From: Alphaproteobacteria bacterium
GTDB lineage: Bacteria > Pseudomonadota > Alphaproteobacteria > UBA7985
DNA: 64,000 nt
Assembly (NCBI GenBank): GCA_965662775.1
Contig: CBFIIW010000013.1
Coordinates: 5,702-69,701, forward strand
Reading direction: 5' to 3'
Of the stretch, positions 21,498 through 32,544 are shown one piece after another. Made by a program: the position numbers and the translations under genes. The stretch's first letter is position 1. Every line of letters starts with the position of its first letter. Under the pieces are notes generated by a model, which saw only the letters and a list, made by a program, of their open reading frames with translations, had not been told where the DNA came from and made no database searches.

Positions 21498-22677
21498 GGC
21501 CTTCCGAGCCGCAGTCTTTGCGACATTGCCACCATTGAAACCGGGGGTCGGGCTGGGCCTCGCCGTCTCCGGTGGCCCTGACTCTACGGCGTTGGCACAC
21601 CTGACGGCGCGGGCGTTTCCGGAACTCAGACTTCGGGTCGCGGTGGTTGACCATGGGTTGCGTCGAAACAGCGATGCGGAGGCCAAGCTGGTCTGTGAGC
21701 GGTTGCAGGCCTTTGTCGAGCACGTCGATATCCTCACCTGGAGCCCGCCATTCAAGGTGACCACTGCAAAACTGGAGCGCGCGCGCCTTGCCCGTTTCGG
21801 GTTACTCAGCGACTGGGCGCGGACGCAAGGTTTGCTCCGGGTCTGGCTTGGGCACCACGCGGATGATCAGGCCGAGACCATCGCCCTGCGGTTGGCCCGA
21901 GGCAGCGGGCAGGCCGGAGCGAGAGGGATGGCGCGGCGGCGTGTAGACGCCAATGTCATCTTTGAGCGACCCCTGCTCGATTGGTCCAAGCAGGCGTTAA
22001 TCGGTTATTGCAGCACGCAAGGTCTGAGCACTGTCAGTGACCCGACCAACAGTGACCCGAGCACGGCGCGTGGCGACCTGCGCCAGCGACGAACGCCATC
22101 ATCCCCGACAGGGAGTTTGTCGATAACACCCCTTCCCCTGGATCACATGCCAGCGTCAGGTACATTTTCAGCTTCGGCGCGCGGAATCGTGACTGACCCC
22201 ATGGGCCATGCCTGGTGCCGCAGTAATCTGATGGGAAGCACTGAACTGCAGGCTTTGGTCGCCTGGGTGCGGGGTGGGTTCTACGCCCCGTCTGCAGAAC
22301 GCGCCGCCATGGTGATCCAGCGCTTGCGGACACAACCACGTGCATCCCTGCACGGCTGTATCATCGAGCGGAGGCGAGAGGGCTGGACGCTCATCTCTCG
22401 CGAGGCGCGGGCCCGGCGCAGCTTGCGTCCGCAACAGGACGTCGACGGCGGTTGGCGGCTTGACGACCGCTGGGCGATTTCTCGGCCACAAGGCGAGTGG
22501 AGCCTCGCTGGACCTGCCGGACTGGTCGTCGATCCCGGCCAACCAGCCCGAGCGCTGGCCGCGATCCCGCAGTGGCGGGGCGAGTGTCCGTTCTGGGACG
22601 GTACGGCTTTGCGGTGGGCGGATAACTGGGCGATGTTTACGCCTCGGCGGCCACTGCTGCCCTGGATGGAAGACTGA
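21463..22677 (+). CDS. tilS: tRNA(Ile)-lysidine synthetase
   Basis: AVSGGPDS PP-loop, VDHGLR, GHHADDQAET and RPLL motifs. Start uncertain (21463 or 21487). Confidence 0.92.
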   Translation: MRHPAQSNLTAEAFRAAVFATLPPLKPGVGLGLAVSGGPDSTALAHLTARAFPELRLRVAVVDHGLRRNSDAEAKLVCERLQAFVEHVDILTWSPPFKVTTAKLERARLARFGLLSDWARTQGLLRVWLGHHADDQAETIALRLARGSGQAGARGMARRRVDANVIFERPLLDWSKQALIGYCSTQGLSTVSDPTNSDPSTARGDLRQRRTPSSPTGSLSITPLPLDHMPASGTFSASARGIVTDPMGHAWCRSNLMGSTELQALVAWVRGGFYAPSAERAAMVIQRLRTQPRASLHGCIIERRREGWTLISREARARRSLRPQQDVDGGWRLDDRWAISRPQGEWSLAGPAGLVVDPGQPARALAAIPQWRGECPFWDGTALRWADNWAMFTPRRPLLPWMED

Positions 22678-22701
22678 ATCTCCGCGATGAAACGCCACAA
22701 G

Positions 22702-22730
22702 CGTTGCATCCTCGGCAGCGGGTCTTACAT
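22702..22730 (+). promoter_or_regulatory. Possible sigma32-type promoter of ftsH
   Basis: gTTG-N17-CTTACAT resembles the alphaproteobacterial RpoH consensus CTTG-N17/18-CcTATAT. Confidence 0.35.
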
Positions 22731-22769
22731 TGAAGGGCAGGATACACCCTAAAGGGCTAAGGAACAGGC

Positions 22770-24716
22770 ATGAATATCGGACGCAACGTTCTGATTTGGT
22801 TGGTAATTCTCGTCATCGGTTTGGTGGTGCTGCAGGGACTGTTTGGCAACAGTCTGACCGGTAGTTCCTCCAAGGTGGGCATTTCACAGTTTGAAGAACT
22901 GGTCGACCAGGGCCAAGTGCGCGAAGTTGTGATCGAAGGCTCGACCGCGACAGGCACCACTGCGGCGGGTCGGCGGTTTGCAGCGGAAATCCCGCCCGGG
23001 GGCATGGAATTGTTCCTTTCGAAGCTTGACGACGCTGGAACAACCTACGAGTACTCGCCGCCCAGCGGTTTTGCTTTCGGGCAGTTGTTTGCCTACCTGC
23101 TGCCGATCCTGCTGCTGGTCGGCTTCTGGTTCTTCATGATGCGACAAATGCAAGGCCGTGGCGGCGGCGGTATGGGGTTCGGCCGGTCCAAGGCCAAGCT
23201 GCTGACGCAGGATATGCATCGCGCGACCTTTGCCGATGTGGCTGGGGTTGAGGAAGCCAAGGCAGACGTTGAAGAAATCGTCGATTTCCTGCGCGATCCG
23301 GCCAAATTCCAGCGTTTGGGTGGCAAGATCCCAAAGGGCGTTCTGATGGTCGGCCCGCCCGGCACAGGCAAGACCCTGCTTGCCAAGGCCATTGCAGGCG
23401 AAGCAAACGTGCCATTCTTCACGATTTCCGGCTCGGACTTTGTTGAAATGTTTGTCGGCGTTGGTGCGAGTCGTGTGCGCGATATGTTTGAGCAGGCGCG
23501 AAAGAATGCACCCTGTATCATCTTTATTGACGAGATCGATGCCGTGGGTCGTTCGCGCTCCATGGGCATGTCCGGCGGCCACGAAGAACGCGAGCAGACC
23601 CTGAACCAATTGCTGGTTGAGATGGACGGGTTTGAAGCTAACGAAGGCATTATCCTGATCGCTGCAACCAACCGTGCTGACGTGCTTGACAAGGCGCTGC
23701 TTCGCCCAGGGCGTTTTGACCGGCAAGTACAGGTGAACCTGCCTGATTCAATCGGCCGGGAGAAAATCTTGGGCATCCATTCGAAGAACGTGCCCTTGGG
23801 TCCGGATGTCGACCTTACCCGCATTGCCAAGGGTACACCGACATTTTCCGGTGCTGATCTTGCCAACCTCGTCAACGAGGCTGCACTGCTGGCAGCACGC
23901 TCGAACAAGCGGGTTGTGACGCAGGAAGACTTCGAGAATGCCAAGGATAAGGTGACCATGGGACCGGAGCGGCGCTCGGCGGTCCGGACCGAGGAAGAAA
24001 TCGAGCTGGTCGCCTACCACGAAGGCGGTCACGCGCTGGTCGGTGTACATGTACCCCTGCGAGACAAGCTGAATAAGGTCACGATTATCCCGCGCGGCGG
24101 AGCGGGCGGCTACGCCCAATTCCTGCCGGAAAATGATGCTGCCATGCTGAAGCGCAAAGAGCAGTGGAAAGCGGAGTTGGCGATGGCTTACGGCGGCCGG
24201 ATCGCGGAGGAGCTGATCTACGGCGCAGACCAGGTGACGGCCGGCGCAATTTCCGACATCCAGATGGCGACTCAACAGGCGCGGGTCATGGTCGAGCGGC
24301 TCGGCTTTTCCGAGCGCCTCGGACTGCGGGCCTTCGGGCCGGACCAGACCGAAGGTATGTTCGGGTCTATGACCAAGAATTACTCCGATGACTACGCCAA
24401 AATCATCGACGAGGAAGTTGAGCAAATCCTGCGCACGGCCGAGAATACGGCGCGCGAGATCATCACCGCCAACCTTGAGGGCCTGAAACGGCTCAAGGAA
24501 GCACTTATCGAGTACGAAACCCTGAGCCGGGAAGAGGTTGAGGCGGTCCTGCGCGGGGAGGCATTGGAGCGAGAAAGCCGCCGCGTTGAGCCCACGCGTC
24601 ACGGCGCGGACAGCGAGGCCGAGGCCGAGGCTGCACCTGCACCAAAGCCTGCTGCTAAGCCCGCGTCGGGGACCTCTGCGTTGCCGGGTATTGGCGGGCC
24701 TGCTGCGGACAGCTAA
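22770..24716 (+). CDS. ftsH: ATP-dependent zinc metalloprotease FtsH
   Basis: Two TM helices; [23 protein letters not shown] and HEGGH motifs. Confidence 0.98.
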   Translation: MNIGRNVLIWLVILVIGLVVLQGLFGNSLTGSSSKVGISQFEELVDQGQVREVVIEGSTATGTTAAGRRFAAEIPPGGMELFLSKLDDAGTTYEYSPPSGFAFGQLFAYLLPILLLVGFWFFMMRQMQGRGGGGMGFGRSKAKLLTQDMHRATFADVAGVEEAKADVEEIVDFLRDPAKFQRLGGKIPKGVLMVGPPGTGKTLLAKAIAGEANVPFFTISGSDFVEMFVGVGASRVRDMFEQARKNAPCIIFIDEIDAVGRSRSMGMSGGHEEREQTLNQLLVEMDGFEANEGIILIAATNRADVLDKALLRPGRFDRQVQVNLPDSIGREKILGIHSKNVPLGPDVDLTRIAKGTPTFSGADLANLVNEAALLAARSNKRVVTQEDFENAKDKVTMGPERRSAVRTEEEIELVAYHEGGHALVGVHVPLRDKLNKVTIIPRGGAGGYAQFLPENDAAMLKRKEQWKAELAMAYGGRIAEELIYGADQVTAGAISDIQMATQQARVMVERLGFSERLGLRAFGPDQTEGMFGSMTKNYSDDYAKIIDEEVEQILRTAENTAREIITANLEGLKRLKEALIEYETLSREEVEAVLRGEALERESRRVEPTRHGADSEAEAEAAPAPKPAAKPASGTSALPGIGGPAADS

Positions 24717-24823
24717 ATCAGGCTGCACGGCACCACCGATAGACCGTCCCTTTGGATGGGTGAGGCGATTCAAGCGCCCGGCGACGTGGGTTGTCGGGCG
24801 CATTTCTTTGCTGTGGGGTAGGG

Positions 24824-25720
24824 ATGATCATGAGCAACGATACTTTTCACGTGACGCACTGGGCCGGGCTGGATTTGTCACGGCCGCGTGTCATGGGTAT
24901 CCTCAATGTTACGCCGGACAGCTTTAGCGATGGCGGGCGCTTCCACCATGTCGATGCAGCTCTGGAGCAGGCGGTGCGGCTCCGCACCGAGGGTGCGGCC
25001 ATCATCGATGTGGGCGGGGAGAGCACCCGCCCGGGCGCTGCACCAGTGTCGGAAGCTGAGGAGATCGACCGCGTTCGTCCAGTGATCAAGGCGCTCAGTG
25101 CCGAAGGCGTGCTGGTCTCGGTCGATACGCGCAAGCCAGCGGTGATGGAGGCCGCCGTGGCAGCGGGTGCCCGGATTATCAATGATGTAACAGGTCTAAC
25201 CGGCGATCCGCGTTCCTTCGACACGGCTGTTGCGCTGGGGCTACCACTTTGTCTAATGCACATGCAGGGTGAGCCCCAGACCATGCAGTCCAACCCGTAC
25301 TACGATGATGCGCCGGCCGCGATCTTTACCTTTCTCGCGGCACAGGCGATGGCGCTTATGGAAGCAGGTCTCAGCGCGGAGACTGTCTGCCTTGATCCCG
25401 GGATTGGCTTCGGCAAAACCCTGCAACACAACTTGCAGATCATGGCGCGTCTCGATGAGTTGGTAGACACGGGCTGGCCTGTATTGCTTGGCGCGTCACG
25501 TAAGTCATTCATCGACAAAATTGCCCCCGCCGGACCAGAGGCGCGGCTGGGCGGCTCATTGGCAGCAGTGCTTGCAGGGTTTGGAGCAGGGGTCAGCCTG
25601 TTCCGTGTCCATGACGTGAAAGAGACCGTGCAGGCACTCGCCGTCGCTGAAGCCATTTCCGATGTTGGTCTCCAGGACTCTTTTGATGAGAGTGACCTAG
25701 GTGCCAGCGGTTTAGGCTAA
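24824..25720 (+). CDS. folP: Dihydropteroate synthase
   Basis: MGILNVTPDSFSDGG, GGESTRPG, DPGIGFGK, SRK and RVHDV motifs. Confidence 0.97.
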   Translation: MIMSNDTFHVTHWAGLDLSRPRVMGILNVTPDSFSDGGRFHHVDAALEQAVRLRTEGAAIIDVGGESTRPGAAPVSEAEEIDRVRPVIKALSAEGVLVSVDTRKPAVMEAAVAAGARIINDVTGLTGDPRSFDTAVALGLPLCLMHMQGEPQTMQSNPYYDDAPAAIFTFLAAQAMALMEAGLSAETVCLDPGIGFGKTLQHNLQIMARLDELVDTGWPVLLGASRKSFIDKIAPAGPEARLGGSLAAVLAGFGAGVSLFRVHDVKETVQALAVAEAISDVGLQDSFDESDLGASGLG

Positions 25721-25721
25721 A

Positions 25722-26672
25722 TCAGGATACCTTTTCGACCCACGATGGCGGCTTACCCAGTCGGTAGTAGGTGTAGGAAATGCCGCTGGCGACCAGTGCT
25801 GTGGTGAAGGCGGTAACGATGAAGGTTGGCACCAAGGCAACCCATGCCTTTAGGTTCCACTGCGACGTGTCCAGCATCACCGGGTCTGCCGCGTCCTGAA
25901 ACAGAATTCGGCTGAGGCCGCTGTCGAACAGGATTCCGACGATGCTAACTGGGAGCAGCAGGCCCGCATAGATGAGCATCAGGCGGCCAGCGTGTCCTCG
26001 GGTCGCCGACCAGGCTGACCGGATTCCGAAATCGAAGATGCCCAAAGCTGCTGCTGGCAGGCAGAGGATCAACCGCGCCCACAAATACAGCCATAGCAAC
26101 ACAAGCAGCACAGTGGTCGGTATCGTAAAGATCGCAGCAACGCCGGGGAGTATGGCTGCGATCACACCGGTCAGAATGCCAACGACAATCGCAAACCCCA
26201 CGACAGCCAGTGTCGTGAGAAGCACCATGACCAGCGCTCGGTAGAAATAACTGAGTTCCGTGCGCCCAAAATGCAAGCCGAGCCCTGTCCGCTCGGCATC
26301 GAGGCCGATTAGCGTTGTGCGATGCCAAGCCGCCGCCATGGTCGCACTCGCCAATCCACCGAGTAACAGCATAATGACGATCCACTGAAACATTCCGGCA
26401 CCCGCTTCGAACACAGTGGACATACCGGCAAAAAATTCGTCTTCCGAAGCCTCCGCGCTTAGCGATGAGAGTTGATCAGATGCTGCAAACATCTCAGTCA
26501 CTGCTTGGTTCAGGAATTGTACCTGTATCCAAGTGGCCGCGAGCGAATAGAGGCCCAGCGGAATTAGCGCTGTCAGGACCACGCGCAACGGCACTGAAAA
26601 CACAAAGCCGTAGGCCTCACGCCAGATCTGGCCAACCGGCAGCTGGGCGTTTTCGGTATCCTGAGCAGTCAT
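25722..26672 (-). CDS. Hypothetical multi-pass membrane protein (about 6 TM)
   Basis: Hydrophobic helices; AWHR and SAWSATRGH motifs; starts 4 nt after the HAD gene stop. Confidence 0.75.
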   Translation of the reverse strand: MTAQDTENAQLPVGQIWREAYGFVFSVPLRVVLTALIPLGLYSLAATWIQVQFLNQAVTEMFAASDQLSSLSAEASEDEFFAGMSTVFEAGAGMFQWIVIMLLLGGLASATMAAAWHRTTLIGLDAERTGLGLHFGRTELSYFYRALVMVLLTTLAVVGFAIVVGILTGVIAAILPGVAAIFTIPTTVLLVLLWLYLWARLILCLPAAALGIFDFGIRSAWSATRGHAGRLMLIYAGLLLPVSIVGILFDSGLSRILFQDAADPVMLDTSQWNLKAWVALVPTFIVTAFTTALVASGISYTYYRLGKPPSWVEKVS

Positions 26673-26676
26673 GAAG

Positions 26677-27369
26677 CTATTCCTTTGAAAAGAGCTGACG
26701 CAGAGTGTCAGCCAGTTCACTCGGGCTGTCCAGTACTGCAAGAGCATCGAGCGCCTCGAAGGCCTGCCGACGTTGCGGTTTCATATCATCTGGAACAGCA
26801 TAGAGCACGCCCAGGACATCGATGCCGGCTGCCCGCGCACCGCTGGCGCCTGCAGGCGTATCTTCGATCACCATCGCCCGTTCCGCCGGAACGTTTAAGG
26901 CCCCAAGCACGTGCAGGTGCAGATCGGGTGCAGGTTTAGGATTGGCGACATCGAGGCCGGAAAAGCAAAGTTCAGGTGGGATCAGATCGTCATAGCCCGT
27001 GGTCACAAGGTTGCGTAGCAGGTTGAGTCTCGGCGCGTTGGATGCAACGGCGATCCCACAGTGCGCTTGCGCCAATTCGACCACTCGTCGAACTCCAGCG
27101 ATTGGCTCCAGTTCATTGAGGAATGCGTGTTCGGACAGGGCGTACATCTGGTCGATGAAATCATCCGGCAGGCGTGCACCCTCGGCGCGCAACTGTGCGA
27201 GCATATCTCGGTCGGACAGTCCGGCAAAGCGGCGCTCACAGTCGTCCGGCGTGATCGGGTACCCCAGCTTATTAAGCAACGCGGCATTGGAACGCGCAGC
27301 CAGTTTTTCAGAGTCGATCAGCACACCGTCATTGTCGAAAATCACCAGATCGATAGCTTTGGGTGGCAT
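26677..27369 (-). CDS. HAD superfamily phosphatase (subfamily IA)
   Basis: FDNDGVLIDSE, ASN, KPAPD and IEDT motifs. Confidence 0.92.
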   Translation of the reverse strand: MPPKAIDLVIFDNDGVLIDSEKLAARSNAALLNKLGYPITPDDCERRFAGLSDRDMLAQLRAEGARLPDDFIDQMYALSEHAFLNELEPIAGVRRVVELAQAHCGIAVASNAPRLNLLRNLVTTGYDDLIPPELCFSGLDVANPKPAPDLHLHVLGALNVPAERAMVIEDTPAGASGARAAGIDVLGVLYAVPDDMKPQRRQAFEALDALAVLDSPSELADTLRQLFSKE

Positions 27370-27569
27370 GGGGATCCTGTGTGAGGCTGTTGGGCGCAGG
27401 GGCTATGGGCAGCGCGGCACGAGGCGCCGCAATCCAAGCGTGGTGACACCTAGCAGGTTGAGCAGAATTTGCACATTCGGGATCAAAATTTGGAAAGTCT
27501 GTGCAGTGGCTTTTCAAGCCTCTACGCTGGGCTTAAGCTACTGTCATTCCGGCATTTCTGAGAGCCCCC

Positions 27570-28256
27570 ATGAATCGTATTCTTGTCGTTGATGACGACC
27601 CCCACATCCGCGAAGTGGTCCAGTTTGCATTGGATAAAGAAGGCTTTGACACGCTCGAAGCCGCTGATGGTGCCCAAGCACTGGAACGCTTTGCTGCTGA
27701 CCGGCCTGACCTGATCGTGCTCGATATCACCATGCCAGAGCTAGACGGGACGGACGTCTGCCGCCGCATTCGCCAGAATAGTCGTATTCCGATCATCTTC
27801 CTGTCTTCTCGGGATGATGAGATTGATCGTGTGCTGGGGCTGGAGTTGGGCGGTGATGATTATATCACCAAGCCGTTTTCCCCGCGTGAACTGGTGGCAC
27901 GGGTCAAGGCGGTGCTGCGGCGTCTGGAAAACGCGAAGTCCCAACGTGATGAAGGTACGGCGATCATGCAGCATGGACGGTTGTCCCTGAACCTTGATGA
28001 CTTTACCGGCAGTTGGGAGGAGACGCCTGTTGTGCTGACCCTGACCGAATTCGGCATCATTCGCACGCTGATGCAACGCCCGGGCAAGGTCTATTCACGT
28101 GATGACCTGATGAGCAGCGCTTATGAACTTTCGAGGATTGTTTCGGATCGAACGATAGACAGCCATGTAAGGCGGGTGCGCAAGAAGTTCGCCGACATCG
28201 GTGCCGATCCAGTCGAGACTGTTCACGGTATTGGTTACAAACTGGGTGATTGCTGA
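27570..28256 (+). CDS. OmpR-family response regulator (ChvI/CreB-like)
   Basis: VVDDD, phospho-acceptor LDITMP, KPFSPREL; winged-helix DSHVRRVRKK..TVHGIGY. Confidence 0.95.
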   Translation: MNRILVVDDDPHIREVVQFALDKEGFDTLEAADGAQALERFAADRPDLIVLDITMPELDGTDVCRRIRQNSRIPIIFLSSRDDEIDRVLGLELGGDDYITKPFSPRELVARVKAVLRRLENAKSQRDEGTAIMQHGRLSLNLDDFTGSWEETPVVLTLTEFGIIRTLMQRPGKVYSRDDLMSSAYELSRIVSDRTIDSHVRRVRKKFADIGADPVETVHGIGYKLGDC

Positions 28257-28269
28257 GGCCGCCGGCGGT

Positions 28270-29994
28270 ATGGCACAGCCCGATCCCATCGCGCCCGCGC
28301 CCGCGCGTCAGCAGCAGGGTTCGCTCACCCAGCGGTCAATGATCGGTCGACCCCGGCTTTCGACCCTACTGCTGGCCGTCAACCTGATCCTGCTGATCGC
28401 GCCACTCAGCGGGATCTTTGCCATGCGGCTGTATGAGTCCGCTCTGCTTCGCCAGACGGAGTCTGCACTGCTGTCACAGAGTGCATTTATTGCCGCATCC
28501 TACCGCGCGGCCCTGGAACGCAATCGCATCCCGGAGCTTCAGGATGCTGATCTCTCTCATCCAGTGGCTCCGGCCTATGCCGTGGATCCTGCATCTGAGC
28601 CGCCCTGGCGTCCCCGCCCACCAGTGCTCGATCTGGCACGCGATAAACCCCTCTCCCCTGCGCCGCTACCGCTGGAAACTGCTGCCGTCCCGCACTGGCT
28701 GGCGGAGACAGTGGGGCGCGACCTGAGCCCCGTCATTGTCGAAGCCCATCGCTTCACCCTGTCTTCGATCCGGGTGCTCGACCACCGAGGGACTATCGTT
28801 GCGACCACGGCTGACAACCTGGGCCTCAGTGTCGCCCATTTGCCCGAGGTTGAGCGCGCGCTGTCGGGGGAGATCGTTTCGCTGCTGAGGGAGAAAGAAG
28901 AGTTTGAGGAGGGTCGCCGGGGCTTCAACGCCTTCGAGCGGTCTTCAGGGATTAGAGTGCACGTCGCCGCGCCGATTATCCTTAACAACCGGGTCATGGG
29001 CGGTGTGTTGTTGGGGCGCACCCCGTCGACACTGCGCAACGCCCTACGCAGCAAGGTGCGGATCTTCATCATCGGCGGGGTGATGCTGGTGGTAATGGCA
29101 CTTGCGCTGTCGTTGTTCCTTGCCGCAACTATTGTTGGGCCAGTCTCGCGCCTGATCCTACAGGCCAAGCAGGTTGCCAAGGGCCGGCGCGGCGGCATTC
29201 AGCCTCTGCGCTACCCTGTGACCGCTGACATTGCCGAGTTGTCTGAAGCGGTGGTGGCCATGGCCGATGCGCTGGAGAGCCGCTCTGAGTACATCCGAGG
29301 CTTTGCTGCTAATGTAAGCCACGAATTCAAGACCCCTCTGACCAGTATTCAGGGCGCAGTCGAACTCTTGCGCGATCACGCTGCCAGTATGGATGGAGAC
29401 CGACGCGCGCGGTTCCTCGACAACATTGCCAAGGACAGTGACCGGCTGGCCCGTTTGGTGACCCGCTTGCTGGAGCTAGCGCGTGCAGATGTTATGCCGT
29501 CTGGCGGGTCGGGGAAGTGCCGCTTGGGCGACCTGCTGCTGGACTTACAGGATCAATACCGGGACCAGGGCCAGGACTTTGTGATCGAAGGGCTGGATCC
29601 CTCCGGGAAAGATGTCATCGTCGCCATGGATGGCGACAATCTGGCCTCTGTAGTCCGTAACCTGCTCGATAACGCTTTGCGGCACGGCAAGAGCCATCCC
29701 CGGGTGGTGTTAGACGCTGAAGGGCTGGAAGAGTCCGCGGCGGATGCGGTGTTGGTGCTTCGGGTGATTGATGATGGCCCAGGTGTTTCTGCAGCTAATG
29801 CCAGCCGGGTCTTTAATCCGTTCTTCACCACGGATAGAGAAGGCGGCGGAACGGGGCTTGGATTGGCACTGGTGCGCACGTTGGTCGAGGTACACGGGGG
29901 CCAGATCGCGTTGACGGATCGAAAGGACGGCTGTGAGTTTGTGGTAACCCTGCCGCGCTTGAAGGGGCCTCTGTCGGCTAATCCCGCCGCTTGA
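28270..29994 (+). CDS. Membrane sensor histidine kinase (HAMP-HisKA-HATPase)
   Basis: Two TM helices; SHEFKTPL, NLLDNA, DDGPG and GGTGLGL motifs. Confidence 0.93.
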   Translation: MAQPDPIAPAPARQQQGSLTQRSMIGRPRLSTLLLAVNLILLIAPLSGIFAMRLYESALLRQTESALLSQSAFIAASYRAALERNRIPELQDADLSHPVAPAYAVDPASEPPWRPRPPVLDLARDKPLSPAPLPLETAAVPHWLAETVGRDLSPVIVEAHRFTLSSIRVLDHRGTIVATTADNLGLSVAHLPEVERALSGEIVSLLREKEEFEEGRRGFNAFERSSGIRVHVAAPIILNNRVMGGVLLGRTPSTLRNALRSKVRIFIIGGVMLVVMALALSLFLAATIVGPVSRLILQAKQVAKGRRGGIQPLRYPVTADIAELSEAVVAMADALESRSEYIRGFAANVSHEFKTPLTSIQGAVELLRDHAASMDGDRRARFLDNIAKDSDRLARLVTRLLELARADVMPSGGSGKCRLGDLLLDLQDQYRDQGQDFVIEGLDPSGKDVIVAMDGDNLASVVRNLLDNALRHGKSHPRVVLDAEGLEESAADAVLVLRVIDDGPGVSAANASRVFNPFFTTDREGGGTGLGLALVRTLVEVHGGQIALTDRKDGCEFVVTLPRLKGPLSANPAA

Positions 29995-30068
29995 TCCCAA
30001 ACGGCTTTATCGGTTATTTATCCGCGTCTTAGGGCGTGAACCAAGGCGTTCTGACGATGAGGTGCCGT

Positions 30069-30144
<76 letters not shown>

Positions 30145-30258
30145 CTTTCTCCCAATGGTATCAGATAAGACGTTTGCTTCTTTCTCACTGAATTTCTGCC
30201 GGATCGAGGTCATCAGTTCGTCGAAGATAGCCATCGGTCACTCTGCGTTCGTGGAGAC

Positions 30259-30615
30259 CTAAACCCTTATTCCGCAGAACCTGCATTTCATGACGTCTAG
30301 CTTGATCATCTCGGCGCATTGCGGGCAAGAAAATCGATCGCCCTTATCAATTGGTTCGGGCACGGCGTTAGGCACATTTACGTTCTGACTGAGATTCACG
30401 TTTGTCTCAAAGGGCCGTGCTCCGTCTCCAGGATTGAACGGCAGAAACATCTCGATGATTGCCCAGACGAACCAGATCGGACCTGCGAAGATAAGAAGGA
30501 GGAGAGCAAGGACCCAATTGCGTCTGAAGGTCTGGATCATCCCTTTGAAGAGAAACACGATCACACCGATCAGGATAACAGCGGCGATGATCCAACCGAT
30601 AGCTTCAGTAGACAT
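30259..30615 (-). CDS. Small membrane protein with a C-terminal zinc ribbon (UPF0547-like)
   Basis: Two TM helices, then CPQCAE.I.....KCRFCG; AAGGA SD upstream. Confidence 0.75.
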   Translation of the reverse strand: MSTEAIGWIIAAVILIGVIVFLFKGMIQTFRRNWVLALLLLIFAGPIWFVWAIIEMFLPFNPGDGARPFETNVNLSQNVNVPNAVPEPIDKGDRFSCPQCAEMIKLDVMKCRFCGIRV

Positions 30616-31120
30616 AAATTAAGTCCTTGGGTGTGGCTTCATTTCGTTGATGGCTTTTGCACACGAGTTTGGGGTGGCCATCTATATCAAGTTGCTCTGC
30701 AAATACCATGGCGGCCTTGTTGGAACCCAAACAGCTCAACATTCCAGCGGTCCCAGCTCACGATGCTCTTATCGTCGAGGACAGACCGGGAGTCGACACC
30801 GCGCATTTCGCTTGATTTGCCCTAACCCTAGCCTAAGCCAGTATCGCGAACGCCCGAGCCGTCGCCCATGTCGAGGTAAGGTCTTGGGCGGCACAGGCGA
30901 GCTCTTCTGGCCTCTCACCGGTTTCTCGATACCCGCCCCAGCGCTCTCGAGTCGGTTTTCATTGACCCAATTGGACGGGGCAAGGGCGACCGACATCATA
31001 GGTCTGCCTGTTCATTGGGCAGAACCAGGGAGAATACGTGAGAGGAGTGCCTTGCTGAGAACCATTTCTATCAGTGTAAAATCATTTGTCTTGTTTCATT
31101 AGTTTTTGTCCTACAGCTCA

Positions 31121-31162
31121 GTGAGCCGTGAGCCGTGAGCCGTGAGCCGTGAGCCGTGTGCC
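31121..31162 (+). repeat. Heptanucleotide tandem repeat (GTGAGCC)5 plus one degenerate copy
   Basis: Read directly; non-coding, ends about 50 nt before the MFS start. Confidence 0.95.
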
Positions 31163-31213
31163 GTCCGTGTCGTCCGGTCAATCGCCCAAACCAATCAAAC
31201 AAGGAGTGCACAC

Positions 31214-32374
31214 GTGGTCGATCGTATGATTTGGGGAAGCCGTCTTGCTGTTGTCATTTGCCTGATCAGCTACGGGTGCTGGCTGTCCTATATTCCTTGG
31301 AAGGTCGACGTGCTTGATATCGAGTACGACATGTTTGGTTTTGCTCTGCTGGTATTTGGCGTCTTCAGCCTTGCCTCCATGTTGTTCGTAAGCCATGTGC
31401 TGTTACCCCGCTTTGGACCCAGGATTACGGGGCTGGCGGTTGTGGCCTTTGCCTTTGCGCTGATCATCTGGGTGTTTGCGCCGAACACCACGCTGTTCAT
31501 CGTGCTCGCCGGACCGCTCAGCCTCGCCTTCGGTGTGATCCAGCCCTCCACGCTAGCGGTGATAACGCAAGCTGAGGATCGCTGCGGGCGTCGATTGCAG
31601 CCGCTTCATTGGGCATCTTTCTCGACGGGATCATTGTTGGGGCTGGTCATCGGGATGATCAGCCAGGCGCTTGCAATACCGCCAGTTCTCGTATTCGGCA
31701 GCTTGTTCATCCTCACCATCTCAGTGGGACTGTTCATCTTTTTTGTACCATTCCGCACCGTCACCTTCGACCCGATCGTGAGCCCCGGATTCCGCATACC
31801 TTCGGGCCTGGTGCTGTTCCTCGGTGGGTTAGCCGCCCTTTCAATGGCGACGATTTCGATCATTCTAGACTGGTCCGCCCTTTGGCTGACTCGGGATTTA
31901 GGGCTGGCGATCTCACTGGGAGGGACGGGCATCATGGCCTTCAATGTTGCGGAAATCGTCTCCCGTCTATACGGCGAAGCCTTGCTCAACCGTTTCGGCG
32001 AAGTCCTTGTTGCGGGCTGGGGCATGATACTCGGCTGTGTGATTTTTCTCGCGGTAGCCCTGTTTGGGAACCCCTACCTGATCGTCTGCGGTTTTTGCTT
32101 TTTCGGCTTCTTTTCAGCCAACTTCATCCCTGTACTGTTCGGGGTCGCCGCACGGGAGCAGCCCAACAACGCCGTTGCAGCGGTCAACGACGTCAATCTG
32201 CTGGCCTTCGCCGGCTTTCTCTTTGGCCCGCCAATAATCGGTTTTGTCGCAAAGTCAGTATCGATCACCGCCTGCATGATTATCGTTGGCATTGCCTGGG
32301 CGATCCTCGCGACCGCGTTGATGATGTCGCGCAAGCTGCATAACGCTGGTAGATTGATTTATAGCGAAGGCTAA
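31214..32374 (+). CDS. MFS transporter
   Basis: About 12 TM helices; PRFG and NRFG loops, DWSALWL, GFLFGPPIIG; AAGGAG SD 7 nt before GTG 31214. Confidence 0.85.
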   Translation: MVDRMIWGSRLAVVICLISYGCWLSYIPWKVDVLDIEYDMFGFALLVFGVFSLASMLFVSHVLLPRFGPRITGLAVVAFAFALIIWVFAPNTTLFIVLAGPLSLAFGVIQPSTLAVITQAEDRCGRRLQPLHWASFSTGSLLGLVIGMISQALAIPPVLVFGSLFILTISVGLFIFFVPFRTVTFDPIVSPGFRIPSGLVLFLGGLAALSMATISIILDWSALWLTRDLGLAISLGGTGIMAFNVAEIVSRLYGEALLNRFGEVLVAGWGMILGCVIFLAVALFGNPYLIVCGFCFFGFFSANFIPVLFGVAAREQPNNAVAAVNDVNLLAFAGFLFGPPIIGFVAKSVSITACMIIVGIAWAILATALMMSRKLHNAGRLIYSEG

Positions 32375-32544
32375 ATCCAGCTTAACCCTCTCTTTGGTTT
32401 CTCAAGCCTCCGCAGCCTCGCTGGCCCCTGCCTAACCCAGCCCCCCAGCACCCCTTCAACACAGTTTCCTGAGTTTCGGCGGAAACCTGTGTCCTGCACC
32501 CAAGTGTCGCGGCCTGCACAGCCTTGGGCGGTGGTTACCGGGAC

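Noticed and set aside
22884-24803. Long antisense ORFs opposite ftsH, and similar ones opposite rpoBC and other genes
   Set aside because: Typical stop-poor shadow frames in GC-rich coding DNA.
30647-31102. 151-aa ORF and overlapping 76-aa minus-strand ORF
   Set aside because: No SD, no motifs, and composition unlike a real protein.
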